Shown: piece after piece, positions 28,597-38,743 of the stretch | How the letters are laid out: every line of letters begins with the position of its first letter | Position numbering within the stretch: the first letter of the stretch is position 1 | Source: Thermoproteota archaeon | GTDB taxonomy: Archaea; Thermoproteota; Thermoprotei; Gearchaeales; Gearchaeaceae | Length of the DNA stretch: 64,000 bases | Direction: 5' to 3' | NCBI GenBank assembly: GCA_032249235.1 | Contig: JAVVGF010000002.1 | Span: 1-64,000 of the forward strand | Program-made: the position numbers and the translations under genes | The notes under the pieces: model-generated | Database searches by the model: none | Seen by the model: only the letters and a program-made list of their open reading frames with translations | What the model was told of the DNA's origin: nothing

Positions 28597-29925
28597 ATGT
28601 TCCTCAGATGTACAAATTGTAAATTTCAAAGCTCAGATTTATCATTGAAAAGATGCCCAAATTGTAATGGCTTCCTAATCCTCGAACTAGATAAAATTCC
28701 ATCTGAATTGGTTGTAGAAGATAAAGAAGTTGGAATTTGGAGGTATAAACGTTTCTTCCCTAAAATAAGTTCTAGAATAAGCTTAGGTGAAGGAAAAACG
28801 CCGATTCTTAAGGCTATAAAGCTGAGTAAAGAGTTAGGATTAGAAGTTTACTTAAAAAATGAAGGATTGAACCCCACGGGAACATTTATGGACAGAGGCT
28901 CTGCAATATATATTTCTTTTTTAAAAGACATAGGAGTAAAAGAAGTTAAATGTTTTACTACTGGAAACTTCGGGTGTTCGATAGCTGCATATTCATCAAA
29001 AGCTGGTCTAGAATGTGAAATTTTCGTACATGAAAAAGCGAATCATTTTAAATTATTGCAAATGGTTTGGTTCGGTGCAAAAATCAAGATGGGATACGAT
29101 AAGTTAATTATGAATGAAAAGAATTTGATAACCCAAGCTGATCCTTTATTCATCGAAGGTCTTAAAACGCAAATGTATGAGGTTTTCGAATATTTTAAAG
29201 AAGAAATACCAGATTATATCATTTTGCCTATAGGTTCTGGTGCCAACATATATTCTTATTTCAAAGCTTATAAGGAGTTGAGCAAAATCGGACAAATTAA
29301 GAAAAAACCATTATTCGTTGGTGCAAAGCCAAATTCAGAAGCTGCAAAAACTTTCATTGATTTAGATCCTTCTTTTTTATACTGTGAATCTTTAATTAAA
29401 GAAATCAAAAGAGAAGACATGTTTATCGAAGAGGTTGCGAGCAAAGAAGAAATGATAAACTCGATGTCGATTTTTGCAAGAGAAGAAGGCCTCTTAGTTG
29501 AACCTATTAGTTCAATAGCATTATCTGTTTTATACAAATTAAGAAAGAAACAACTAATAAAGGATAACTCAAGAGTTCTCATTGTTTTAACAGGTTCAGG
29601 ATTGAAAGAAATAGGAAGCATGGTCCTTTTAAATAAACGTCCTATTAAGAAAATAAAAGTAGGTCATGAACTTGGCTTTACCAAATTGAAAATCTTAGAA
29701 TTGCTTAAGGAAAAAAGCATGAGCGGTTATGAATTGTGGAAAAAACTAAAAGAATTTAATATTAACATCAAATTATCTACTTTATATGAACATTTAAAAG
29801 AATTAGAAGAATTAAATTTAATATCTTCAAACATACAAATCATTAAAAATAGAAAAACAAACATTAGATCTTTAACTAGCTTTGGAGAGAAATATTTAGA
29901 GACGTTTAAGAGAATTGAACAATAA
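28597..29925 (+). CDS. Threonine synthase-like protein (PLP Lys absent) fused to a C-terminal winged-HTH
   Basis: CxxC..CxxC Zn ribbon, LGEGKTP, NPTGTFMDRG, EGLKT and LTGSGLK. The C-terminal KILELL...SGYELWK...TLYEHLKELEE...LT..G is a PadR/ArsR-like wHTH. Confidence 0.8.
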   Translation: MFLRCTNCKFQSSDLSLKRCPNCNGFLILELDKIPSELVVEDKEVGIWRYKRFFPKISSRISLGEGKTPILKAIKLSKELGLEVYLKNEGLNPTGTFMDRGSAIYISFLKDIGVKEVKCFTTGNFGCSIAAYSSKAGLECEIFVHEKANHFKLLQMVWFGAKIKMGYDKLIMNEKNLITQADPLFIEGLKTQMYEVFEYFKEEIPDYIILPIGSGANIYSYFKAYKELSKIGQIKKKPLFVGAKPNSEAAKTFIDLDPSFLYCESLIKEIKREDMFIEEVASKEEMINSMSIFAREEGLLVEPISSIALSVLYKLRKKQLIKDNSRVLIVLTGSGLKEIGSMVLLNKRPIKKIKVGHELGFTKLKILELLKEKSMSGYELWKKLKEFNINIKLSTLYEHLKELEELNLISSNIQIIKNRKTNIRSLTSFGEKYLETFKRIEQ

Positions 29926-29970
29926 GTACAAAAAGGTTATTTTTTATAGAGGAGTAAAGATGAATAGCAT

Positions 29971-30381
29971 ATGAACAAAAAGATACTTGTAGCAGTAATA
30001 GCGATTGTAGCGATTGCTATAACAGTAGGTTATGCTCTAATAGTGCCTGCAATGCAATCTGCCTTAGCTCAACAACAACAAACTAAACAAATAACTTTAA
30101 CTATTGAACATAGAAGATTTGCTTTTGTAAAGGAAAACTTCATGAACGTAACGGCTGGAGGTTGGACGATTACTATAACAAATGTTAGCGGAAATGTGAA
30201 GGCGATTGGAATTTTGCTGTTCGATCATAATAAACCTAGAGAAGGATTTAGCTGGTTTAAATTGAATCCTAAGGTAGGAGATACCATTTCAGTAAATCTT
30301 AGTGCAGGGAATTACACATTAAGAGCTTTTATATTTGGAAGTATAAACTCAACATTAACTCTAACAATAGCCTATCCTTAA
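29971..30381 (+). CDS. Hypothetical secreted protein
   Basis: Signal peptide MNKKILVAVIAIVAIA followed by a beta-rich domain. Confidence 0.65.
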   Translation: MNKKILVAVIAIVAIAITVGYALIVPAMQSALAQQQQTKQITLTIEHRRFAFVKENFMNVTAGGWTITITNVSGNVKAIGILLFDHNKPREGFSWFKLNPKVGDTISVNLSAGNYTLRAFIFGSINSTLTLTIAYP

Positions 30382-30390
30382 ATAAATTTT

Positions 30391-30711
30391 TCATAATTTT
30401 TTTAGAAATTCAATTGCAAATTTATCAGCAAGCTTTTCATTACCTCTATGTTTTTTCATAGAATATCTTATTACATGATAAAATTCATGTAAAACAATAA
30501 AGGGATTATAAATATATTCGCCTTTCTTAAAATAAATTGTATTGTTTTTAGGAACATAACAAGCAAGTACATAAGCTTTGCCTTTAGGCAATCCTACTTT
30601 AATTTTTGGTTTTTCAACTCTATAATGTTGCGAAAGAATCTCTAATGCTTGCTCAGTCTTTCCATCTAATATCAATTGTATTATTTTAGTTCTTTCTAGT
30701 TCTGCTCCCAT
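30391..30711 (-). CDS. Small HExxH zincin-like protein
   Basis: VLHEFYH...NEKLADKFA. Overlaps the upstream S-component gene. Confidence 0.65.
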   Translation of the reverse strand: MGAELERTKIIQLILDGKTEQALEILSQHYRVEKPKIKVGLPKGKAYVLACYVPKNNTIYFKKGEYIYNPFIVLHEFYHVIRYSMKKHRGNEKLADKFAIEFLKKL

Positions 30712-31345
30712 TATCGCTAATTAAAGAATATAGCCAGTGTTTATTAATTGGTGCAACTAATTGCGGCATGCTGGGAATTGTAGATAACCAAAATGCTGGA
30801 AGTAAAGTTATGAAGACATGAAGAGTATTATAAACAGATGTAAACAAAAGTATTAACAACAATTTACCTTCAAAAGTTGCAGCACTTAATCCTGTTATTT
30901 GAGGAATTGTATTGTAGAGATAATTTATGAAACCAGAGAAGATGGTGGTCAGAACTACATAATTAGCGAAAGTCATCACTGCATTTCTGATAATTATAGC
31001 GAGAATTATTGCATAAATCAATCTAATATTCAAATTATTACTCTTAATAAATTTGAAAGCAAAATAAGCAGAAAATACTGTTGTTAATTCTGCTAATAAC
31101 TTTAGCCCAGGTCCAATTATTGGGTATTCAGTATATGGAAAATGAAGTAAAATAAAGTGAAGTATCGATAAGATAATTGCTACGAAAGGCCCGAACAGAA
31201 ATAAAGATAGTAATACAATAATTTCTGCAGGATCAAACTTCAAGTAAGGTAAAATAGGAAAAGAAATAAATTTAGAAACTGTTGTAGAAAGAATATAAAC
31301 TATTGCCGCTAATAAAGCAATGATCGCTATTTTTACGCTACGCAT
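30686..31345 (-). CDS. ECF S component, RibU-like (riboflavin)
   Basis: FPILPYLKFDPAEI and RNAVMTFANY motifs. Divergent from the riboflavin kinase/regulator. Confidence 0.75.
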   Translation of the reverse strand: MRSVKIAIIALLAAIVYILSTTVSKFISFPILPYLKFDPAEIIVLLSLFLFGPFVAIILSILHFILLHFPYTEYPIIGPGLKLLAELTTVFSAYFAFKFIKSNNLNIRLIYAIILAIIIRNAVMTFANYVVLTTIFSGFINYLYNTIPQITGLSAATFEGKLLLILLFTSVYNTLHVFITLLPAFWLSTIPSMPQLVAPINKHWLYSLISDNGSRTRKN

Positions 31346-31396
31346 AAGCTCAGATAGAATTTAAAATATTTATATGTAGCTACAAAAAAATAAGTA

Positions 31397-32068
31397 ATGA
31401 AAATATATTATTTGACTTTGATTAAACTAGTAGAGTTTGGAATACTGAAGGGATCTATAAGGATTTCAACTAGTAAACTTGCTAAAGCTTTGGGAACAAC
31501 TCAACAAACTGCATCGAGACACTTGATAGAATTAGAAAAAGAAGGGATGATTAGAAGAGAAATAGATGGAAGAGGAGAAACTATCTTTCTTACTAAGGAA
31601 GGCAGGAAATTTCTAGAGGAGATTTATTTACTTTTAAAAAGAAACTTAGAAGAAGGAAAGAGTATGATCATCAAAGGCATAGTATTCACAGGTATAGGTG
31701 AAGGCGCATATTATGTCACAAGAAAATATTATGAAACACAATTTCTCTCAAAACTTGGATTTAAACCTTATCCTGGTACATTGAACCTAAGACTCATCGA
31801 ACCAAAGACAAGAGTAGCTCTTGAATCTCAACCATATATATTTATACCTGGAACTAAAACAAAATACAGAACATACGGATGGGTTAAATGTTATCCTGCA
31901 ATAATTAATGGTAAATATAAAGCTTGCGTCATAACTCTAGAAAGAACTCATTATGATGAAACAGTGATCGAGGTAATAAGTCCTCATAATTTAAGAAAAG
32001 AATTAGGCTTAAAAGATGGAGATATTCTTGAATTAGAATTAATTCCCATTCAGCAATCCAGTTTTTAA
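31397..32068 (+). CDS. ribK: HTH-containing CTP-dependent riboflavin kinase / regulator RbkR
   Basis: N-terminal HTH (TQQTASRHL), GIGEGAYY, PYPGTLN and EVISPHNLR motifs. Confidence 0.9.
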   Translation: MKIYYLTLIKLVEFGILKGSIRISTSKLAKALGTTQQTASRHLIELEKEGMIRREIDGRGETIFLTKEGRKFLEEIYLLLKRNLEEGKSMIIKGIVFTGIGEGAYYVTRKYYETQFLSKLGFKPYPGTLNLRLIEPKTRVALESQPYIFIPGTKTKYRTYGWVKCYPAIINGKYKACVITLERTHYDETVIEVISPHNLRKELGLKDGDILELELIPIQQSSF

Positions 32069-32091
32069 TTAATTAGATTTCATATTAATAC

Positions 32092-33000
32092 ATGAATAGA
32101 ATAGAGTTGATAGAGAAAGAAATAAGAGAACAAGCTCATTCACTCAGGGAATTTTATGAGAAAATAAAAGAATTGTATTTTTCAATGTTGAATGCTTCAG
32201 AAGTCATAGTTACTGGATGTGGAGATTCATATGCGGCTTCACTAATGTTAAACGAATTAGTTGGCGTAAGAGCCGAAGATCCATATGAACTGAGTCTTAA
32301 AGAAATACATAATCCATTAGTTATAGTCTCGGTTTCAGGTAAAACTATAGCAAACATTAATTTAGCAGAAAAAGCCAAGAAGAAAGGTTTGAAGATTTAT
32401 GTTATAACCGGCAATCCTGAAAGTAAACTAGCTAAGCTCGCAGATTATTTAATAGACATAGAATATAAGGAACCGATAGTTCTTCCTGGTACATTGAGTT
32501 TTACAAAATCACTAATCGCTTTATATGTTACTTTCGGATTGAATGTCGATTTTTCAAAAATAAATGAAAAATTAATAGAAAAAGCTTTTGAAGAATTTGA
32601 AGAAGCAAAAGGTGAAAGTTTCTTTATCATATCTTCACCATCGTATTTTCCTCTTTCAATTTATTGGAAAGCTAAGCTTATAGAAATGATAGGCTCAAAA
32701 GTAATAGTTGAAAGATGCGAACAGTTCATGCATATGGATTTATTTGCATTAAGCGAAAACGATTCTGTTCTAATATTAGGAATCGAGGATAGAAGATGTA
32801 GGTTATTATACGATAAAATAAAAAATTACATAACATATTGCAAGTATGAAGTATTTGGAGAAAAGAATCCTACGAACTTTTTGATAGGCTCGATATACGG
32901 ACAAGTTTTAGCTTATAGTTTATTGAAAAAGAGAAATTTAAAGGATGTTCATTTCTCGATTTCGAGATTATTGAAAGTAAGCGACGAATTGATATACTAA
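32092..33000 (+). CDS. SIS-domain sugar isomerase/aminotransferase-like protein
   Basis: GCGDSYAA, VSVSGKT, ITGNPESKLA and EQFMH motifs. Confidence 0.78.
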   Translation: MNRIELIEKEIREQAHSLREFYEKIKELYFSMLNASEVIVTGCGDSYAASLMLNELVGVRAEDPYELSLKEIHNPLVIVSVSGKTIANINLAEKAKKKGLKIYVITGNPESKLAKLADYLIDIEYKEPIVLPGTLSFTKSLIALYVTFGLNVDFSKINEKLIEKAFEEFEEAKGESFFIISSPSYFPLSIYWKAKLIEMIGSKVIVERCEQFMHMDLFALSENDSVLILGIEDRRCRLLYDKIKNYITYCKYEVFGEKNPTNFLIGSIYGQVLAYSLLKKRNLKDVHFSISRLLKVSDELIY

Positions 33001-33818
33001 TGGGCAGTAGTAATATCTATTAATCCTTTTCTTCTCGCAATTGTTTCGCAAGTTCTCAAAAGTAATAATGATACAATCAAGTATGCTATGCTCATTTCCA
33101 ACAAAATAATGAGTTCATTTGAAACACTTTCAAAGTAAAAACCTTGTAAAGCATACCTATTAATATCCATCCAATAACTAATAGGCAAGTATTTCGCTAC
33201 CTCATTTAAAGGATAGGGCAATAAATTAGCTGGAAATATTACGTTACCGAATAATAATAATGAACTAACTATCGATTCAACTGCTACCCAACCATAGTCT
33301 GTAGTGAAGATCAGGAAAGAAGCTACCATTAAACCGAGGACTATTATCCATACCATTCCTAGTAAATAGTTAGTTATTAAGAGTAACCAGTTAGGAACTA
33401 AACTGAATATAGGATAGTTTATTATTAGAGCACCAACAAAAAACGCTATCGATAAAGGTATTAAACCTTCGATGAACTTGTATAGACCACGACCTATAAG
33501 ATAAAATGCAAGATTGTTAGGGGTCAAATATACATATTTCAGCGATCTATAATGCTCTCTATCATCCCATAATGTATAAGCTACACCCATTATTCCGCTT
33601 CCTACAATGTTATAAAAAGCTTGTCCTACCAGTATAAAAAATCCAAGTTGAGGATTCGGTCTCACAGCAATAACTATGAAAAGCATTAGTAAGAGTGTAA
33701 AAGTTGGCCTTATGCTAATGTATAATAAGTAAACTGGAAGTCTTGTCCAGTTCGCTTCTATTTCGAAAGCTAACCAAATTAATACTCTTATTTTTCTGAT
33801 GGAATCGATTACTCCCAT
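32997..33818 (-). CDS. ABC-2 type exporter permease
   Basis: Six-TM protein with the FP..LLP...LP.SY motif, in an ABC operon. Confidence 0.85.
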   Translation of the reverse strand: MGVIDSIRKIRVLIWLAFEIEANWTRLPVYLLYISIRPTFTLLLMLFIVIAVRPNPQLGFFILVGQAFYNIVGSGIMGVAYTLWDDREHYRSLKYVYLTPNNLAFYLIGRGLYKFIEGLIPLSIAFFVGALIINYPIFSLVPNWLLLITNYLLGMVWIIVLGLMVASFLIFTTDYGWVAVESIVSSLLLFGNVIFPANLLPYPLNEVAKYLPISYWMDINRYALQGFYFESVSNELIILLEMSIAYLIVSLLLLRTCETIARRKGLIDITTAH

Positions 33819-34609
33819 TTCAAAGTTAGTGTACCTGTTATCTTTCCTTTTTCTTCCATTAATTTAATCATTTTGGTAGCAATGTAGAAGAATACTATTC
33901 CTAACATTAATAAAGAAAGATATATCCAAAGTATAGTTATAGGAGGATTGCCAAAGACCAACAATTGTCTCATGCCTTCTATGCCAAGTGCTAGAGGTAT
34001 AATCGAAACTAAAATTTGGATAGTAAACGGAAAGACTCTAATCGGAAAATAAACTCCTGAAAAGAAAAGTATAGGTTCTCCTAAAAGCTCATTCACTTTG
34101 CTTATTGATCTACCGAATCTCAAAAAAGATGAGGCAAATACCATGCCCAAAGAATATAGAGCGAAGAGTGTCAAGACAAATATAATAAAAGCTGGCAACG
34201 CTTGATTTACGTATATTTTAATGTTAAATAAATATACTGTAGCAAATAAAACGCCGAGAGCTCTTAAGGTCATATTAAAAGCTCCTCCAAGAGCCATACC
34301 TAGCAATATTCCAGTCATCGGTGCGCCACTTGCTATGTATAAGGGTAAGTTTCCTGTTTCCCTTTCCCAATACAGTTGAGAAGCCATACTCCACAATACG
34401 TTATACCAGAAAGCTATCATAGCACCGCCGATAGCTGCAATTGCCAAAAACTCATTCGGTGCATTTAAAGCTTTATAAGCAAACAAGATAGCAGAAATAC
34501 CCAACAAAGGTAAGATTATGTCTATAATTAAATGTGTAACGTCTCTATTCACACCTTTTATTCTTACATAAGCTCTAGCATATGCTGTTTTGAATATTTC
34601 TTTTATCAT
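33809..34609 (-). CDS. ABC-2 type exporter permease
   Basis: WERETGNL and FSGVYFP motifs. Confidence 0.85.
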   Translation of the reverse strand: MIKEIFKTAYARAYVRIKGVNRDVTHLIIDIILPLLGISAILFAYKALNAPNEFLAIAAIGGAMIAFWYNVLWSMASQLYWERETGNLPLYIASGAPMTGILLGMALGGAFNMTLRALGVLFATVYLFNIKIYVNQALPAFIIFVLTLFALYSLGMVFASSFLRFGRSISKVNELLGEPILFFSGVYFPIRVFPFTIQILVSIIPLALGIEGMRQLLVFGNPPITILWIYLSLLMLGIVFFYIATKMIKLMEEKGKITGTLTLKWE

Positions 34610-35565
34610 CTCAATCTGCTACCAACTAAATATAAAAAGACATCTTCAAGATTAGGTTCCTCCTTACTTAGCGCTATAACTTTTATTCCTTTTTCCTTTA
34701 AAACGCTTAAAATATCAGCTATCGGTGATTCTTCTTCTACAACTATTCTTATTTTTGTAATGCCACTCGCAGGGTCATTATCTGAATATAACGATTTGAT
34801 TCCTTGAATCTTCTTTATTTCAGAGATTGATAAATCATCTATATAAAAGGTTTTGATCTCAAAGACATGCTCATTAGATACTAATTTTAGCAAGTTTTCA
34901 ACTGTATCAACTTTTATGATTTTACCTTTATGAATTATAGCTATTCTATCGCATAGTTCTTGTGCTTCGATCATGTAATGCGTTGTCAAAAGAATTGTTC
35001 TATCAGGATCTTTTCTTATCCAAGATTTAACATAATTTCTTATTTCTCTTGAGATCTCAACGTCTAGACCGACAGTAGGTTCGTCTAAAAACAATAACCT
35101 AGGATTGTTCAAAATACCTCTAACGAAATTATACTTCTGGAACATTCCTGAAGAAACCCTATTCAACTTTTTATCTGCAAAATCTTGCATTCCAAATTCC
35201 TCTATTAGTTCATTTACTATTTTCCATCCTTCTCTAACTCCATAACCATATAGCTGCGAAAAGAACCAAAGATTTTCTTTAACTTTCAAAATCCCATATC
35301 CTGGCCTTTCATCGCCTGCAACTATATTAATATGTTTCCTTATTTGCATGTAATCCTTCTTGACATCATAACCAAGAACATATGCATCGCCTGCTGAAGG
35401 AAGTAAGAGTGTTGCTAATATTTTAATCAATGTTGATTTCCCTGAACCATTTGGTCCTAGTAAACCAAATATCTCGTTTCTCCTTATAGTTATATTTACA
35501 TTATCTAGAGCAACAGTATTTCCAAAAACCCTTGTTAGATTGATTGTTCTTACTACTTCGTCCAC
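34606..35565 (-). CDS. ABC exporter ATP-binding protein (DrrA-like)
   Basis: GPNGSGKST, LDEPTVGLD, LTTHY and LEDVFL motifs. Confidence 0.92.
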   Translation of the reverse strand: MDEVVRTINLTRVFGNTVALDNVNITIRRNEIFGLLGPNGSGKSTLIKILATLLLPSAGDAYVLGYDVKKDYMQIRKHINIVAGDERPGYGILKVKENLWFFSQLYGYGVREGWKIVNELIEEFGMQDFADKKLNRVSSGMFQKYNFVRGILNNPRLLFLDEPTVGLDVEISREIRNYVKSWIRKDPDRTILLTTHYMIEAQELCDRIAIIHKGKIIKVDTVENLLKLVSNEHVFEIKTFYIDDLSISEIKKIQGIKSLYSDNDPASGITKIRIVVEEESPIADILSVLKEKGIKVIALSKEEPNLEDVFLYLVGSRLR

Positions 35566-35598
35566 GCTTTATTCTTAAAATCCAAACAAGATATAAAG

Positions 35599-36819
35599 TT
35601 ATGCTAATTCGAAAATGCTTTTCGGATTCGGCTTATTTGCTAAGAAATCTCCGTTAACATAAACGAGATTACCTCTTAAAATTGTCATTACAGGCTTACA
35701 ACATACTTCCCAACCTGAAAAAGGTGAGAACTTAGACATACTTATGAATTTTGTTGGATCGATTTTAAAGAAGTTATTCGTATTTACTACAGTTATATCT
35801 GCATAGTAGCCTTCTTTTATAACTCCTTTGTTTATTTTTAAGTATTTCGCTGGGTTTGAAGTAAAACAAGAAATCACCTTTCTTATATCTAATATTCCCT
35901 TTAAAGCGAAAGTTAAAAAAATGGGAATAACTATTTCAAGCGAAGGATATCCAGGTGGAGGATTTTCAGAAAGTTTTTCTTCAATACTATGGGGTGCATG
36001 ATCTGTAGCGATGAAATCAACTGAACCATTATTTATTGACTGAATAATAGCAATATTATCCTCTCTTGTCGATAATGGAGGTCTAACAGATAGTATAGCT
36101 TTATCATTTCTCGCATCTTCTCTTGATAAAAAAGTATGATGTGGAGTCACCTCAATATATATTCTTCTATTTTGTTTTCTTGCGTTATTTATTAAGCATA
36201 TTGATTCTTTTCTAGAAACATGAGCTATTCTAACATTCTCGCAATTGTTTGTATATTTCAAAACGAATTCTACAGCGCTTACTTCATCTTGACCGAATTG
36301 AGCATGAAATACAAGTCTATCTTTTTTTAAAAAATCGACATAATTAGGAAGAGAATATAAATCTTCTTCATAGAATTTAAAGCCAAAAGCAAAATTCCTA
36401 GCTTCTTCTATTTCTTTAGGATCTAAAGGCTTAGAATGCAAGCCGAAATCTACGAAAGATTTTTTCTTAAAATCCTCAAAACGCTTCTTTAGTAATTCAA
36501 GCTTATTTATTGGAGGATTAGTATTCGGCATATCCAAAACTGTAGTTATTCCACCTGCAATAGCTGCTTTAGATCCAGTTTCTATTGTTTCTTTATATGA
36601 TTGAAACCAATCTCTGAAATGAACATGCAAATCAATTCCAGCAGGTAATATTAGATGACCGCTACCGAATCTTATTGGTTTAGCATCATTAAATTCAATC
36701 CTTGATATCTTTTTTATTCGTTCATCCTCTATAAGTATTGCACATTCTAGAAAATCATTTTCTAGAAATGCTTTTCCTATTATTTGATAACGATTATTTT
36801 CCTTCGACAAGTTGTTCAA
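35599..36819 (-). CDS. pyrC: Dihydroorotase (start uncertain)
   Basis: DLHVHFRD, DMPNT, EVTPHH and ATDHAPH motifs, in the pyr cluster. Confidence 0.88.
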   Translation of the reverse strand: MNNLSKENNRYQIIGKAFLENDFLECAILIEDERIKKISRIEFNDAKPIRFGSGHLILPAGIDLHVHFRDWFQSYKETIETGSKAAIAGGITTVLDMPNTNPPINKLELLKKRFEDFKKKSFVDFGLHSKPLDPKEIEEARNFAFGFKFYEEDLYSLPNYVDFLKKDRLVFHAQFGQDEVSAVEFVLKYTNNCENVRIAHVSRKESICLINNARKQNRRIYIEVTPHHTFLSREDARNDKAILSVRPPLSTREDNIAIIQSINNGSVDFIATDHAPHSIEEKLSENPPPGYPSLEIVIPIFLTFALKGILDIRKVISCFTSNPAKYLKINKGVIKEGYYADITVVNTNNFFKIDPTKFISMSKFSPFSGWEVCCKPVMTILRGNLVYVNGDFLANKPNPKSIFELA

Positions 36820-37282
36820 TTACTTCATTCTCATAAACATACCTATAGCAATACATGCATTGAAGCTTCAAAGGACTTTTCTCTATAACTTTAAACTTAG
36901 ATACAATAGGTTCATTTTGCTGCCTAGTAATGCATGTTGGATTTGGACATTTTAATATGCCCTCAACATATTCAGGTAAAACTACTTTGCTTTTTTCATA
37001 AACTTTATAATCTCTTATTACATTGATCGTAGCCATTGGAGCAATAAGAGCAAGTATACTAACTAAAGAAGGATCAAGCTCAAGGTTTTCTACTTTAATG
37101 ATATCTTTCACTCCTAATTTTTTACTTTTAACATTCATTGCAATCGTTAGAGTGTTCTCGACTTTTTTAGTAAGACCAAGTAACCTTAATACAACTAAAG
37201 CTTTACCGCTTGGAATATGATCGATTACCGTTCCGTTTCTTATCTTCGCTACTTTCATTTCAACCTCTTCCATGTTACTCAC
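36794..37282 (-). CDS. pyrI: Aspartate carbamoyltransferase regulatory chain
   Basis: GTVIDHI, CPNPTCIT and CMYC motifs. Confidence 0.95.
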   Translation of the reverse strand: MSNMEEVEMKVAKIRNGTVIDHIPSGKALVVLRLLGLTKKVENTLTIAMNVKSKKLGVKDIIKVENLELDPSLVSILALIAPMATINVIRDYKVYEKSKVVLPEYVEGILKCPNPTCITRQQNEPIVSKFKVIEKSPLKLQCMYCYRYVYENEVIEQLVEGK

Positions 37283-38186
37283 CTCTAAGTATCAAACTCA
37301 ATATAGCCATTCGAACATAAATTCCATATTCTGCTTGTTTAAAATATGCTTGCATAGGCGTATTGTCTATTTCATAGCTCAATTCATCGACGCGCGGTAA
37401 GGGATGCATTACAATAAGATCTTTCTTAGAATTCTGTAAAACTTTCAAATCTACTTTGTATGATCCCTTAATTTTTTCATATTCAGCGATATCAGGAAAT
37501 CTTTCTTTCTGTATTCTTGTAACATAAAGTACATCGAGCTCGTGTATAACCTTTTCTAGACTACTCAGTTCTTCAAAATCTACTTTGGCTTCAATTAATT
37601 TATTTCTAACATCTTCTCTCATTGAAAGTTGAGGTGGTGAAATCGCATATATTTTGTTAGAATATTTAGCGATACCAAACATAAAGGAAACAGCAGCCCT
37701 ACCATATCTTAAATCTCCTAGTATGCCGATTTTTAGATCATCAAGCCTGCCTTTAAGTTTTCTTATCGTATAAAGGTCTATCATTGCTTGTGTTGGATGA
37801 TTAAGATAACCATCTCCTGCATTTATAACAGGATGCTTGCAAACATCTGCAGCAAACTTTGCAGTCCCTTCAATCGGACTCCTAATAACTAATAAATCAC
37901 TATATACATCCATCATATGAAGAGTATCATAGAGACTTTCTCCTTTTTTTATTGAAGAATATTCTGCAACTAAATTTATCACTTCAGCTCCTAATTTTTT
38001 AGCTGCTACTTCGAAGCTAATCCTTGTTCTTGTGCTGTATTCTAAAAAAATATTTCCTATTATCACTCCTTTTAACAAATTTGAAGGAATATTCTTTTCA
38101 AATTCCTCAGTTTTTTTAAATAATATTTCTAGATCTTCAATTGTAAAATCATCTATAGAGATTACATCCCTACCTTTCCAACCCAT
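37275..38186 (-). CDS. pyrB: Aspartate carbamoyltransferase catalytic chain
   Basis: STRTRISF, NAGDG..HPTQ, RIQKER and HPLPR motifs. Confidence 0.95.
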   Translation of the reverse strand: MGWKGRDVISIDDFTIEDLEILFKKTEEFEKNIPSNLLKGVIIGNIFLEYSTRTRISFEVAAKKLGAEVINLVAEYSSIKKGESLYDTLHMMDVYSDLLVIRSPIEGTAKFAADVCKHPVINAGDGYLNHPTQAMIDLYTIRKLKGRLDDLKIGILGDLRYGRAAVSFMFGIAKYSNKIYAISPPQLSMREDVRNKLIEAKVDFEELSSLEKVIHELDVLYVTRIQKERFPDIAEYEKIKGSYKVDLKVLQNSKKDLIVMHPLPRVDELSYEIDNTPMQAYFKQAEYGIYVRMAILSLILRGE

Positions 38187-38209
38187 CGCTAAAATTATGT
38201 TTGTTAAAA

Positions 38210-38743
38210 TTAAAAACTTCTTGATAATAGATCTCTAAGTTTTAAGAGAGAATGCAAAGCAATGCCTTTGCTTTCTAAAGAATTACGAGCACCTTCTTCA
38301 CGATCAACGATAACAAAGGCGTCTTTTACAACAAATCCGTTTTCAATAAGTTTCTCTGCAGCATATAGAATACTTGAACCTGTGGTTGCTACATCATCTA
38401 TTATGATGATTTTACTCTCTTTGTTCAAATCTCCTTCAACGATTTTTGAAGTTCCATGACCTTTCTCTTCTTTTCTAACATAACATAAAGGTTTAGACAA
38501 TTCATATGCAATAAGCGATGCCCAAATAAGACCCCCTGTAGGAATGCCTGCTATAGCATCGAAATTCAAATTCTTGATTATAGATATTGATTCTTTGACT
38601 ATTTCTTTATAGACCTGAGGATGAGATATAACATTTCTCAAATCGATGTAAATGCTACTTCTTTTACCCGAAGATAAAATGAAATCGCCGTATTTTACTG
38701 CACCAAATTTAATTAATAGATCAGCTATTTTGCTCATGCTCAA
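38210..38743 (-). CDS. pyrE: Orotate phosphoribosyltransferase
   Basis: LSSGKRS.IYID, RKEEKGHG and IIDDVATTGSS motifs. Confidence 0.95.
   Translation of the reverse strand: MSMSKIADLLIKFGAVKYGDFILSSGKRSSIYIDLRNVISHPQVYKEIVKESISIIKNLNFDAIAGIPTGGLIWASLIAYELSKPLCYVRKEEKGHGTSKIVEGDLNKESKIIIIDDVATTGSSILYAAEKLIENGFVVKDAFVIVDREEGARNSLESKGIALHSLLKLRDLLSRSF

Noticed and set aside
8620-29925. Possible Lys recoding or systematic error, because three proteins lack key lysines (LplA-like, GcvH-like, ThrC-like)
   Set aside because: Other catalytic lysines are intact (IlvA SFKIRG, PyrF DLK, P-loop GKS/T), so these look like independent degenerations.
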